DNA of 64,000 bases from Octopus sinensis (taxonomy: Eukaryota), in assembly GCF_006345805.1 (NCBI RefSeq), contig NC_042998.1, positions 9,300,001-9,364,000 on the forward strand, written 5' to 3'. Below the pieces are notes generated by a model. The model was not told the DNA's origin. It ran no database searches and saw nothing but the letters and a program-made list of their open reading frames with translations. This document shows positions 25,661 to 37,409 of this stretch, piece after piece. The first letter of the stretch is position 1. Each line of letters begins with the position of its first letter. The translations under genes were made by a program, and so were the position numbers.

Positions 25661-28607
25661 GTGGGCAATTATGGAGTGAATTTTTAGGGCTTATAAATCT
25701 AATATTTTCCTATCCTTCCTTAACACCGGTTCCCATATCTGCACTCAGTCTGCTTAGGAGGTTGTGTCCTAACATATGTGCTGCTTCTGTTAGTTTTTGT
25801 ATTTTCCAGTGGTGTTCTCTATTATTTTGACATTTTCCCACAAAGGGAGGTAGTCTCCATTTTTCCATACATGATCATCTATACCCAATTTATCAATATA
25901 TCCTTGTGTCACAGCTTTGCAATGTTGGTCTACCCTTATTTTGAGGGGGCAGCATGTTTCACCTTTGTATAACCTGCCACAGCTGCATGGGATGGAGTAC
26001 ACGCAGTCTTTGGTCATATTCTCTTCTATCGGTGGTTTTACTCAAAGGAGATATTTGCGAAGTGTTGTATTACTCTTGAATACTGTCCTGATGTCCTATG
26101 GACTGCATATCTTCTTTATCTTTTCGGAGAGGCTTTTCACATAGGGTAAGCAGACTGTGGACAGTTTATTGATTTCATCTCTCTTTCTTCATAATTGGAG
26201 TAAATATTGTGTGTTTGAGGTCATTGTTACTTAGCTTGGTCATTTCTTCATGGTGGGTATCACGATCACTACTTATATTCTTTACTCAATGTTTTAGGCA
26301 CTGAGCACTCCCTCTCTTAACACTGTATGGGTGGTGGGACTTGAAGTTGAGGAATTGTCCGATGAAGGTTGGCTTGCAGTATACGGATGTCCTGAATCCA
26401 TACTTGGTGTGTGTTATTAATACATCCAGGAATGCTAGCTGATTGTCTTTTTCCTTTTCCATTGTGAATTGTATGGATGGCTTTATTGAGTTCACATTAT
26501 CTAACAGCACTTGGATATCTCCCTGGTGGGGCCAGGGTATAAAGGTGTCATCAACATATCTCAGCCATAGGGTTGTAAATGTTGGTGTGTTTAAGCTTTG
26601 AGATTTTGACGTGCTAAATGGGAGCATGCAGGGTTCAAACCTTTGTGTCCAGCTTGAGAAAGAAGATAAAATTTCTAATTTTTACTTGTCATTATCATTG
26701 CTATTGTTAGCTTGATTAACAGTTTTAATTTACAATTTGGAATTCATAATATATTCTATGTGTATGCTTAGAGGAAAGGAGATTTAAAATTTGAGTCCTT
26801 TTTCTCACAAGAACATGAATAACATAGCTAATTTTCTCTTAGAAACTGTTTCCTCAACTGATAATTAAAACAAAAAAAATTACAGCAATCACTGACAAAT
26901 GAGTTTGACTTTGTATCATGTACCATTCTTTCAACAATTGTTTTACATGTGATTACACATCTTTTACATGTGTAATTGCAAGTAGATATACCTTCTTGTC
27001 CTTCCTACCCATGACTTGAATAGAACATACTGGATGGGACAGTGCCATCTCATCACTCAGCTAATAATCATTTCAATTGTGTGATGACCTTTAACTTAGA
27101 ACTGCTTTGCTTCTTGTGCGAGAGAATCTGGCATCAGTTTGTTATCAACAAATGCAGCAGTCGCCAGTTTGAATTTGAATCTATCTTTGTTCTGGCTCTT
27201 TACATTCCAAGTTGAAATCCCCTCGGGATCAACTTTACCTTTCACCTCTCCAAGGTTGATACGATAAAGTATCACTGAAAATTGCTGGCCATCTGCCTAA
27301 ATCAAAAAAAGATTATTATTTTAATGGCATTTTTTTTCTAATAATACACTCAAAGAAAACATGTATCTGTATCTATAACCTTTTATTGGCCTCACAGCGA
27401 CTGCCAATATTGATAAACACTTTAAGCAAACCATTAAGAGAATATTTTTATGATAACACAATGTAAATATTTTGTCAGTATTAAACATCTTACTACTTTA
27501 CTTGACCCAAAACTTAGTAAAAAAATAATAAAAATAAGTTGAGAGCTATTGTCTTCATGTCTTTGTGCTTGGTGTTTAATATAAAATATGAAACTGATTT
27601 CATTTAACCAGATCAATGATCTGCTGGTTCGTTGTTTTTTCCTGTTTTGAAGGTGAATATTTTTGACCGAGATTAAATTTACATTTTTGTTAGAAACATT
27701 TCAATAAAAACCAAATTTATGTTTTCAGAGTTTATTTTAGTAAATTAAATTGCACGATATTGGTGACTGTTTTTCTCCATTATGTTTTCCTTTGGGTATG
27801 AACAGCTATATATTTCCTTGGACCAGGTTTTCAGTTGTCACTTTTCCTCAGTATGGAAGCCAGTTACAGAATGCATGAAAGTATCAACCTTGGCTGAAGG
27901 CTATTTCATTTCAAATAAAGTTTTATAGCCATTTTGTTTCCTTAACTAGAAGATATAAGTTTCTGCTCAGAATACAGTAAACAAGAGATAATGACATTTA
28001 AAGTGTTTCTGTTTCCAAGGAGATAGTTTAAACAGCTTCTTTGTTCACAATCTAGTACAAATATTTCACTTTTAGATGGAATAGTGTAGAATATTTTTCA
28101 CCAGTTTCACTGTTACTATTTGTACCTTAATTATTTTTCCTGAAGATTTCCTTGTTTTTCCTGATACTAAATAGTTTTACTTCTATCATTCTAAACTTTT
28201 TATAATATAGAGAATATGTGGCAAAGGTTCTAGATTATTGTATGACTAATCATGTGTTTAAACCTCGCTGTAATTACTAATCTTAAATTTTCTTAACTTG
28301 GTACCTTCTTTGACAAATCTTTGTTGAATGGCTAGTAATAAGATGGCTGGAAACAGTTTTCTTTTTTGATAAATAACCCAATCCAAAGTTGAGAGAGATT
28401 CAAACTGCTAAATATGTCTTCTGATCAACCAGCCAGGAAGTGCTTGTCAGTTGGCCTGTATCTGTCCGGATCACCCCCATGTGTGTTTTTTGCAGGGTCT
28501 GAGTGTTGTGGTGTGTGTGTTAGGGAGGTGGGGGGTCAGGTGTGTGTCTGGGTGTTTGGTGTGGGTGTGTTTGAGTGTCTGTCTGAAGTGTGCATGCTTA
28601 GTATCTG

Positions 28608-29038
28608 TCTCTCTTCTCTCTCTCTCTCTCTGTCTCTATCTTCTCTCTCTGTCTCTCTCTTCTCTCTCTGTCTCTCTTCTCTCTCTCCCTTCTCTCTCTG
28701 TCTCTCCTCTGTCTGTCTCCCCTCTCTCTCTCCCTGTCTGCCTATCCCTCTCCCTGTCTGCCTATCCCTCTCTCTCTTTCTGTCTGTCTCTCTCTTTCTG
28801 TCTGTCACTGTCTGTCTGTCTGTCACTGTCTGTCTGCCTGTCACTGTCTGTCTGCCTGTCACTGTCTGTCTGCCTGTCACTGTCTGTCTGCCTGTCACTG
28901 TCTGTCTGCCTGTCACTGTCTGTCTGCCTGTCACTGTCTGTCTGCCTGTCACTGTCTGTCTGCCTGTCACTGTCTGTCTGCCTGCCTGTCACTGTCTGTC
29001 TGCCTGCCTGTCACTGTCTGTCTGCCTGCCTGTCTCTC

Positions 29039-29075
<37 letters not shown>

Positions 29076-29100
29076 GTCTGTCTCTGTCTGTCTGTCTGTC

Positions 29101-29141
<41 letters not shown>

Positions 29142-29935
29142 GCCTGCCTGTCTCTGTCTGCCTGCCTGTCTCTGTCTGCCTGCTGTCTCTGTCTGCTGCC
29201 TGTCTCTGTCTGCCTGCCTGTCTCTGTCTGCCTGCCTGTCTCTGTCTGCCTGCCTGTCTCTGTCTGCCTGCCTGTCTCTGTCTGTCTGCCTGTCTCTGTC
29301 TGTCTGCCTGTCTCTGTCTGTCTGCCTGTCTCTGTCTGTCTGCCTGTCTGCCTGTCTCTGTCTGTCTGCCTGTCTCTGTCTGTCTGCCTGTCTCTGTCTG
29401 TCTGCCTGTCTCTGTCTGTCTGTCTGTCTCTGTCTGTCTGTCTGTCTCTGTCTGTCTGTCTCTGTCTGTCTCTGTCTGTCTCTCTGTCTGTCTGTCTGTC
29501 TGTCTCTGTCTGTCTGTCTGTCTCTGTCTGTCTGTCTCTGTCTGTCTGTCTCTGATTGTCTGTCTGTGTCTGTCTGTCTGTCTGTCTCTGATTGTCTGCC
29601 TGTCTGTCTGTCTGTCTGTGTCTGTCTGTCTCTGTCGGTCTGTCTCTGTCGGTCTGTCTCTGTCGGTCTGTCTCTGTCGGTCTGTCTCTGTCGGTCTGTC
29701 TCTGTCGGTCTGTCTCTGTCGGTCTGTCTCTGTCGGTCTGTCTCTGTCGGTCTGTCTCTGTCGGTCTGTCTCTGTCGGTCTGTCTCTGTCGGTCTGTCTC
29801 TGTCTGTCTGTCTGCCTGCCTCTGATTGTCTGTCTCTGCCTGTCTGTCTGTCTCTCTCTCTCTCTCTCTGTCTGTCTGCACGCATGCCTGCCGCCTCTCT
29901 GCACTCGTGTCTGTCTCTCTGCCTGCCAGCATCAG
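28608..29935. repeat. ~1.3-kb compound (TCTG)n/(TC)n microsatellite with 18-bp and 14-bp higher-order units
   Basis: Blocks of ctgtcactgtctgtctgc, tctctgtctgcctgcctg and tctctgtcggtctg; the + strand is almost A-free; preceded by a GT-rich tract at 28500-28600. Confidence 0.97.
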
Positions 29936-30736
29936 TCTCTTTGTACATTGAGCTTCAACTTTGAATAAGTGTTTTAACTTTTGAACTTTTATGATAAATA
30001 TTTTTAAATCTATTTATTTGCATTATTTATTTATTTTGTGTGAGTTCATCTAGAATTTATTCAAAAATATTACTGTAACATTTTGAGATATATGATGGCA
30101 TACAGTTTTTCAGTTTTGTATATTCATTACTATTTCTTTTGTTTTCAATGAATTTTAGTTTCGGAATCTAGGTTAATCCGAAATATTGCTAGAGCTAATA
30201 TGATGTTAGAACAGCTTTTAAACATTTCTTCAGGTGATTAACTTTTAGAGTTAATGAATCTAAGACAAATGGAAGATCTTAGTTGAAGATAAAGTTTGAA
30301 GTAAATGTTTTTTTATTCATTAAAATTGAGTTTTGAGGAAATTTGGTGATTTTTCAGTTCTTCATTTTCACATTAAGAACATAACTCATAATCAGAGGTG
30401 TGTGTGCACGTGTGTGTACAGATATGGCTTGCTTCCCAACCACATGATTTCAGGTTCTTCTACTATAGTCCCAGACTAACCAAAGCATGGAATTTATTTA
30501 GTAGACAGAAACCTGCTGTAAATGTGTGTGTTTGTATTAATGTCTTGACAACCTACTGGTTTGGTGAGATGTTTAGAAATTAATAGGGATGTCTCCCCTT
30601 TTTCGCAAAATGAGAGCTTTATTTCAACACTGTGCAGTGAAATAATTTCCAACAGTTATTGGAAATTGCATTTTGAATGATGTATCAAATTTATGTATTA
30701 AAAGGATTAGCTTTTATTTTTTATTATTCAATGGAA

Positions 30737-30900
30737 GGCAGCAAACTGGCGGAATCATTAGCATTCTGGACAAAATGTTTATTGGCATTTCTTCTGGTTT
30801 TATTATGTTCTGAATTCAAATTTTGTCAAGGTCAACCTTGCCTTTTATCCTTTCAATGTTAATAAAACAAGTACCATTGGTGTTGATGTAATCAAATTGC
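30737..30900 (+). mobile_element. Degraded SINE family A
   Basis: ctggcggaatcattagc...gaattcaaatt...aaggtcaaccttgccttttatcctttc. Confidence 0.65.
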
Positions 30901-31079
30901 ACCTCCAAAATTTCTGGCCTTGTTCCTATAGTTGAAACTTTTACTCTGTGGATGGAATTGGTTTGGTCTCTTGTCTATGAATATTTCACTAAAATATGTT
31001 ACCCAAGCTATCAATTCCATCAATTATTGATTTAGTTAATAGTTAAGTAGTCATTTCCAATCTGAGGTTGTTGGTTATC

Positions 31080-31227
31080 CTCTCCTACCCTGATGTAATC
31101 TCCAGGGATACAGGCATCCAGCAACAGGACCTCCGTAATGCTATGATGGACCGTGAAGTCTGGCGTAGCATGGTAAATTCCATTGTCTTGACCACGGTCG
31201 AACAGTGATGATGATGATGATGATGAT
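31080..31227 (+). mobile_element. Short 3' end of an RTE-clade LINE with (GAT)n tail
   Basis: Frame LSYPDVISRDTGIQQQDLRNAMMDREVWRSMVNSIVLTTVEQ* (stop at 31206-31208) resembles the RTE C-terminal TG...L..AM.DR..WR motif; a (GAT)n tail follows. Confidence 0.75.
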
Positions 31228-31521
31228 TGATGTTTTTCAACTGTGAAATGATGCTGGCCTCATCCTATTCCAAATGCAATGTCGGTTGTAAGATTTTAAC
31301 ATAAGTTGTATTAGACCAAAGAAACATTTAATCACTGGAAGCCTATGGGAATTCTAAAATATTTCTAGTTTGTGAGAAGAAATGTTCTTGTCATACAAAC
31401 TGTTGTGGAAGATGGGAGTGCCAGAAAGATTTGTGCAGTATAAGGTTTGAATGAGTTTGGTGTAGCATATTTTACAGGGTAGAACAAATGTTAAGTTGGA
31501 AAGTACAAAGTATTCATTTAA

Positions 31522-31687
31522 CCTTTAAAGTGTTTAGATTACTCTGTCAAGTGTAATGCTTATTTATTATTTTTTGAATTAATCATGCACTATTTCAGCT
31601 TCAAGATTTTGATGGTGTGACTTTATTTTTAGAATAATTCTGTAGGATGGGTGTGGGCTGGATATGACCAGTTTAAATGCTAAAGGG
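31522..31687 (+). mobile_element. TTAA MITE family D (internally deleted)
   Basis: TTAA at both ends; 3' gctggatatgaccagtttaaatgctaaaggg. Confidence 0.7.
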
Positions 31688-32204
31688 TTAATATGGCTGA
31701 ACAATACCAAAAATGATGATGATTGTTAGACGTTCGACAAAGATTAAAAATGGTGCATAATATTTTAAATATAGTTTCATAATTAACACTAGACGTACCA
31801 AATGTAATTTTGATTAAATTTCTCCAAGTGTTTACGCATAACAAAAGCTGTATAATTTGTATAATTTCTACAAGTCATTGTCTTTGCTATACTGCCTGCT
31901 TGATTAGTTTCATTTATTTTATTTCTGTTTGAACCAATTAGAACATCAGTTGTACCAGACTATAAAACTATCAAAATTTTCTAATTGGATACTTCTAATC
32001 TCTTATGATAAAAGGCAGATTTTCTCTGCTTCTGACATAGTTTGTTTTTAATACAATTGTACAATATAGAATTTCTTCAATTGGAATTTACCTATGATTT
32101 TTCAAAGTAGATTCGATTGGGTCATGGCATATACATTTTTTTCAATTTCACCCCCAATTAAGCAAAAATTCCAGAAAACTCAATATTTTACGATTTGCCT
32201 CTCT

Positions 32205-32528
32205 CACACTATCTCCTCTGAGACCCTGCGGCGCAAGTTGACCAAAATTGAGAGTATGATAGAAGAAAGGTTGCTCTTCCTTCCGTAGAAGATAAAATTC
32301 AAATCGGACCATGTTAACACCAAAAATTATTTACATCAAAAAGGTGCTTTTTTCTATGAAAATCCCTATTTTTTACGATTTTTTCACTGCTGTGTCGACA
32401 CTTTTCAGTGTATTTCAACCAGAAAAATGGTCACTTAAAGAGCTACATAATGCAAAATTTTTACTTTTCAAAAATTCCAATTCCAGCAGGTCGAAACAAA
32501 CCCGAGCAACGCCAGGCAATACTGCTAG
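32205..32528 (+). mobile_element. 5'-truncated non-autonomous Helitron
   Basis: Body homologous to 19665-20056; ends cccgagcaacgccaggcaatactgCTAG|T. Confidence 0.85.
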
Positions 32529-32720
32529 TCTTAATATAGAAGTAATCAGATTTCTTATGAACAGAACAATTGTTCCAGGTTTTCATATTGTGAGATATTG
32601 TTGTAGTGTCGTGGTTATTTTAAATTCTATGTTTTTGCTTCTTATCATCTTCCAAACTCAAGTACTCTTAACTGTGTTATTAAAAAGGGTAATTAAATTT
32701 TCTTTTTTATCTTTTTTCAG

Positions 32721-32817
32721 CTCTCGACGATGAACGACTTTCTGCTGAGGAAATGGATGAGAAGAGAAAACAGAATATGGCTTATGAATATCTTTGCCAT
32801 TTAGAAGAAGCTAAAAA
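32721..32817 (+). CDS. IQGAP: Internal coding exon of an IQGAP-family scaffold protein (N-terminal, just before the CH domain; equivalent to vertebrate IQGAP1 exon 2)
   Basis: Polypyrimidine tract and AG at 32719-32720, GT(AGGT) donor at 32818. Reading CT + 31 codons + AA gives LDDERLSAEEMDEKRKQNMAYEYLCHLEEAK, matching the IQGAP motif DxERL(T/S)AEEMDExRxQNxAYEYLCHLEEAK. Phase 1/phase 2 boundaries match the vertebrate exon as I recall it. No other IQGAP exon found in the window. Confidence 0.93.
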
Positions 32818-32879
32818 GTAGGTTTATTTTTTAACAAATATAAATTACTTGCTTTATGAAAATAGAGATTTATAACTAA

Positions 32880-33265
32880 CTAGCAGTATCGCCTGGCGTT
32901 GCTCGGGTTTGTAAGGGAAATAACTATATAAGCATTTTTAGAGAGTTATAGCCAAAAATTAGCAAAAAAATGGGAAAAAAATGGTAAATTTTTTTTTAAA
33001 TCGTTGACTCGTCGTAGACATTTTTAGAGTTACTTCTCTTATATAATAGCGAAAAAAATGCATTAAAATGGAAAAAAATGATGGTAAATTATTTGTAAAA
33101 TCGTAGACTCATCGTAGACGCGCGCTAATACCCAGAAGGGCTCAATATGAATCACGACTATAAGATACCCGCTTTTGGTTAAACTGCACCGCAAAATGTG
33201 GGAGTAGTTAGGAATCTAAATCGTAGGAGACAGACAGCACACAACCTCACTTTTATATATAAAGA
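32880..33265 (-). mobile_element. Non-autonomous Helitron, second subfamily (same ends, different interior)
   Basis: Minus 5' A|TCTTTATATATAAAA at 33265; minus 3' cccgagcaacgccaggcgatactgCTAG|T at 32880. Confidence 0.85.
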
Positions 33266-33860
33266 TTGTGAATGTTTAAATTAATCATTGCATACAATGG
33301 CTAAGTTGATTCTTTGGCCAAGTTCAATGTTTAGTTTGCTCTTGAGTAGAGATTTGCTTTCCCTAATTAGGATAGATAGATTCTAAACTGGGGAAAAGAA
33401 ATTATTGTAGTTAATAGTTAAGTAGTCATTTCCAATCTGAGGTTTTTGCTTATCCTCTTATTTTAAAAGTGCTACCAGGCCAGCTTTAATCAAACATTAC
33501 AGTGATCTGATAATTGGGACTTAAATTTCATATGAAAATAAACACTTGGCTTTTTTTTTTGTTTGGTTGTTTTTAAAATTAATAGCTGTGTTGTTGTTTT
33601 AATTTAATAGTCTTCAATAGCTAATATTTAATCAGTATTGTAATTATGTTTAGATATTTCTTCCAGTATTTTCTTTTCTGTGTTGTTTTTTTTTGTTTTT
33701 TGTTTTTTTGTTTTTTTTTACTATTATTATTATTGGTTGCAGCTAAACAATAACAACAATGTTCATAGCAACTGAAATCAAAATGCTTAACATTATGGTT
33801 ATGTAAATTGAATTGGTAAATATAAAATATTTCCCAGTACCACTCTGCATATTAGTGGAA

Positions 33861-34458
33861 CATGCTGAGACAAGTGGTGAAGTTTAAGTATCTCGGGGCC
33901 ATATTCACAAGTGGAGAAGACCCGGCAGGACAAGTGAGGCCATAATCCCGTGGCCTCTAACTGGGATGTAGCCAGCCCACTTATGCATTCCTTTCCTTCT
34001 TGGGACACAAAACTCCACCTGTGAAGACCTGTTGAGGCAAGTGAAAATCAAAATCGCAATCGATCAACATCAATAGAATTTGTAGCTGTGATACCAGTGC
34101 CGGTGGCACGTAAGAGAACCATCCGAACGTGACCATAGCCAGCGCCGCCCTGACGGCCTCTGTGCCGGTGGCATGTAAAAAGCACCATCCGATCGTGGCC
34201 GTTTGCCAGCCCCGTCTGGCAACTGTGCCGGTGGCATGTAAAAAGCACCATCCAATCGTGGCCGTTTGCCAGCCTCGTCTGGCACGTAAAAAGCACCCAC
34301 TACACTCACGGAGTGGTTGGCATTAGGAAGGGCATCCAGCCGTAGAAACACTACCCGATCAGACTGGGCCTGGTGCAGCCTTCTGGCTTCCCAGACCCCA
34401 GTTGAACCGTCCAACCCATGCTAGCATGGAAAGCAGACATTAAACGATGATGATGATG
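33861..34458 (+). mobile_element. Long family C retroposon with an RTE RT-like fragment and 3-4 modules
   Basis: 5' part translates as MLRQVVKFKYLGAIFTSGE (cf. RTE L.QV.KFKYLG..FTS); then hairpin modules, conserved tail and (GAT)n. Confidence 0.85.
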
Positions 34459-35403
34459 AATGAAAAGCCACAGGCTGAATTGGATGCTTGAACTGCAGAT
34501 CCCGGCACAATAATATGCCAACTCCATCATTCAATCCTCAGAAAAGAGAGGTTGGTAAAACAGCCAAACTTGCTATTCTTTAATTTGGTTTCCATGCCTA
34601 TCCTCACTTCCTGTCCTGACTGTTGAGCAATGACCGAAAATGTCTGATTGCACGTACTCAACAAGGTCTGTAGCTTGAAGAGTAGAGAGACTCCATGGGT
34701 TGAATCTGACATTGAGAGGTCACAGTTCTGGTACAATGAACATGTGATAGTCTCAGTTGGTCATGCTTGGGAATCCAGCCAGAACGTGTTAAGATGGCTG
34801 CTTCTGATAGGCCCCTCTGGAGGAGGTGCCTGAAGACTCTGTCCCTTGCTTGGGATAGTGGGTAGAAAAGATGGATAAAAGAAACTTTCATTATGTCACC
34901 CTGTCAGTGATAAAGTGGATGTCAGATATTGACACTTGACTGAAACCATCAGTAATATAACCAGTAACTCAAATGAGCCAACAACATAAGTGCTGTTACT
35001 TGTTAGAAATAGCAATCAAATCTCTAGTCACAGGCTACTGTTTTAAGAAAGAAACAGCACATTGGACAGTGTAGTCCTAGAGATAGCAAAAGACCAGTTA
35101 CTCATGGCTGGAATACCATTAATCACATTTGCTTAATCAGAGCTAACTGAACAACTATAGTAACTCAGAATAAACCTATAAGGTAGCCTCTGCATGATCA
35201 TTTAACCAGCTCGAAATAGCCAAATTTCTTAATTATTATCTAGTCTTAATAAAAGGAATACATTGGATAGTGTAGTCCTAGTTTCACATTGCCCAACAAA
35301 AGGAGAGAATAGTCCAGGTTAGAACACTATTGTTCATGTTTCCTAGATCAGGACTGAAATTGGAGCTAAACAACGACATTGTTTCAGATTATTCACACGT
35401 CTA

Positions 35404-35841
35404 GGTGCAGGCATGGCTGTATGGTCATGTAGTTTGCTTCACAACCATGCTACAGGTTCAGTCCCACTGAACAGCATCTTGAGCAAGTGTCTTCTATTAT
35501 AGCCATGAACTGACCAGTATCATGTGAGTGAATGTGGTAAACAGAAATACATAGAGAGGAAAGTTTGTGTATAAAATATGTTTTGTGTATAAAATATGTA
35601 TATATATATATATATTTGTATGTATATATGTGTGTGTGTTTGTGTGTCTGTGTTTGACCCCCAACATCACCTGACAACCAATGCTGGTGTGTTTATGTCC
35701 CTGTAACTTAGCGGTTCGGCAAGAGAGACCGAGAGAATAAGTACTAGGCTTACAAAGAATAAGTCCTGGGGTCAATTTGCTCGACTAAAGTTGGCACTCC
35801 GGCATGGCCACAGTCAAATGACCGAAACAAGTAAAAGAATA
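35404..35841 (+). mobile_element. SINE family B (older)
   Basis: Head ggtgcaggcatggctgtatgg, B box ggttcagtccc, tail gaaacaagtaaaagaa. Confidence 0.85.
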
Positions 35842-36594
35842 AAAAGTCACTCATTGTTTGGACTACCAATGTCGGATTATGTCTCACAAAAGGGGGCTGA
35901 AAGTAAAAGTACTAATTTTAAAAATTAGTATGGGATATTAAGACCTTGCTGAAGCATAGCTACTGTCCATTTGACTAAAACCAGTAAAAGAATAAACAAA
36001 TGCTCATGAAATAAACTGCATTAAAAGTTAGTTTGAAGTTCTATTAGTGCTTTAGTCTTTTCTCTTTTTAATGTAGTTTAATGAATATATCAAATACCTA
36101 ACAATAATACTTAATTAAATGTGTAGATGGTAACAAAGTGTCTGTAGTTTGTTGAATGTGCCAAGTGTAGAATTGGAAATCAACATACGGTAATAATGGA
36201 CAAAGCTGGGTTAAAAATTGCAACTGATTGAATATATATTAATACCAAGGAATAATATTGATCTGTTCCAATGAAACCCAGCCAGACCAACGAAGGTTTG
36301 TGAAGTAGCTTGAATTGGTTCTGAAAAAGTTAGTCATCCATAGACAGATCACAAAGGACTTATTTAATCTCATTTAGACTGTGTATGGAAAGGAAAATTA
36401 AGGTAGCTTTACATAAGTCAAAATTGTGAAGTTAATGAAATTTAGAACTTGTCAGATAAAAGGAATTCTTTCAGATAAAAAAAAATTATTTGAAATATTT
36501 GCAAGATTGGGATTTAGTAAAGAAATACTCTATTTATAAAATGGCCATCTAAGAGTACAAGTGGTAGAGTAGTTTAGATTCAATGGAAATTTAA

Positions 36595-37210
36595 CCCTTT
36601 TGCATCCGGGTTATCAGATTACTCCATGTAATGTAATGCTTATTTATTTGTATTGTTTTGAATTAATCATACATTATCATAGGCACAGGTGTGGCTGTGT
36701 AGTAAGTAGCTTGCTTACCAACCACATGGTTCCGGATTCAGTCCCACTGCATGGCACCTTGGGCAAGTGTCTACAGTAGCCTCGGGCCGACCAAAGCCTT
36801 GTGAGTGGATTTGGTAGACGGAAACTGAAAGAAGCCTGTCATGTATATGTATATATATGTGTGTTTGTGTGTCTCTGTCTGTTCCCCCCAACATCGCTTA
36901 ACAACTGATACTGGTGTGCTTATGTCCCCGTAACAAAAGAAACCGATAGGATAAGTACTGGGCTTACAAAGAATAAGTCCTGGGGTCGATTTTCTCGACT
37001 AAAGGTGGTTCTCCAGCATGGCTGCAGTCAAATGACTGAAACAAGTAAAAGAGTAAAAAAAATATCATGTAGCTTTTAGATTTCAATGATGTGATTGCTA
37101 TTTTTGCAATGGCATTGTAGGGTAGGTGTGAGAAACCAGATCCAACCAGTTTGAATATAAAACAGATAGAATATTTTAGCCAGATATGACCATATTAAAT
37201 GTTAGAGGAT
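36595..37210 (+). mobile_element. TTAA MITE family D interrupted by SINE B (36682-37054)
   Basis: TTAA-CCCTTT start; SINE B flanked by tatcat direct repeats; the MITE resumes to agaatattttagccagatatgacc. Confidence 0.8.
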
Positions 37211-37409
37211 TTAATATTTGTATCTATGTTAGAAATGTAACTTGTAGCTGTTGTAACTTTTTCATAGGTGTCTTTAGTTTATTTGAATTTCTTTTATAGT
37301 TTTAGTTTTTTTCTCTGATCATTAGCTACAGGATTCTGTAAAAAATCATTTGTTGAAATGTAATTTTACTGTTTTTTGTGATTGAATCATGGCTGTTTAT
37401 CCTCACAGT

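Larger units (their letters stand above)
25410..26650 (-). mobile_element. 5'-truncated Penelope-like element (RT + C-terminal GIY-YIG endonuclease + pLTR-like 3' region)
   Basis: WLRYVDDTF...IQFTMEKEKDNQLAFLDVLI...SVYCKPT...SHHP (26286-26627), linker LPYVKSLSEKIKK, and CVYSIPCSCGRLYKGET...RVDQH (25790-26017); premature stops. Confidence 0.9.

Noticed and set aside
28414-29968. Long ORFs (up to 516 aa) on both strands
   Set aside because: They are translations of the TCTG microsatellite (LSVC/TDRQ repeats); stop-free only because the tract lacks A on one strand.
33915-34050. HDV-like or hammerhead ribozyme in the long family C copy
   Set aside because: I could find local hairpins but not the nested double pseudoknot or both hammerhead core boxes; needs an RNArobo/Infernal search on the consensus.
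34480-34900. GC-richer stretch with short ORFs as a possible exon
   Set aside because: No IQGAP CH-domain similarity and no convincing splice pair; at best a very degraded LINE fragment.
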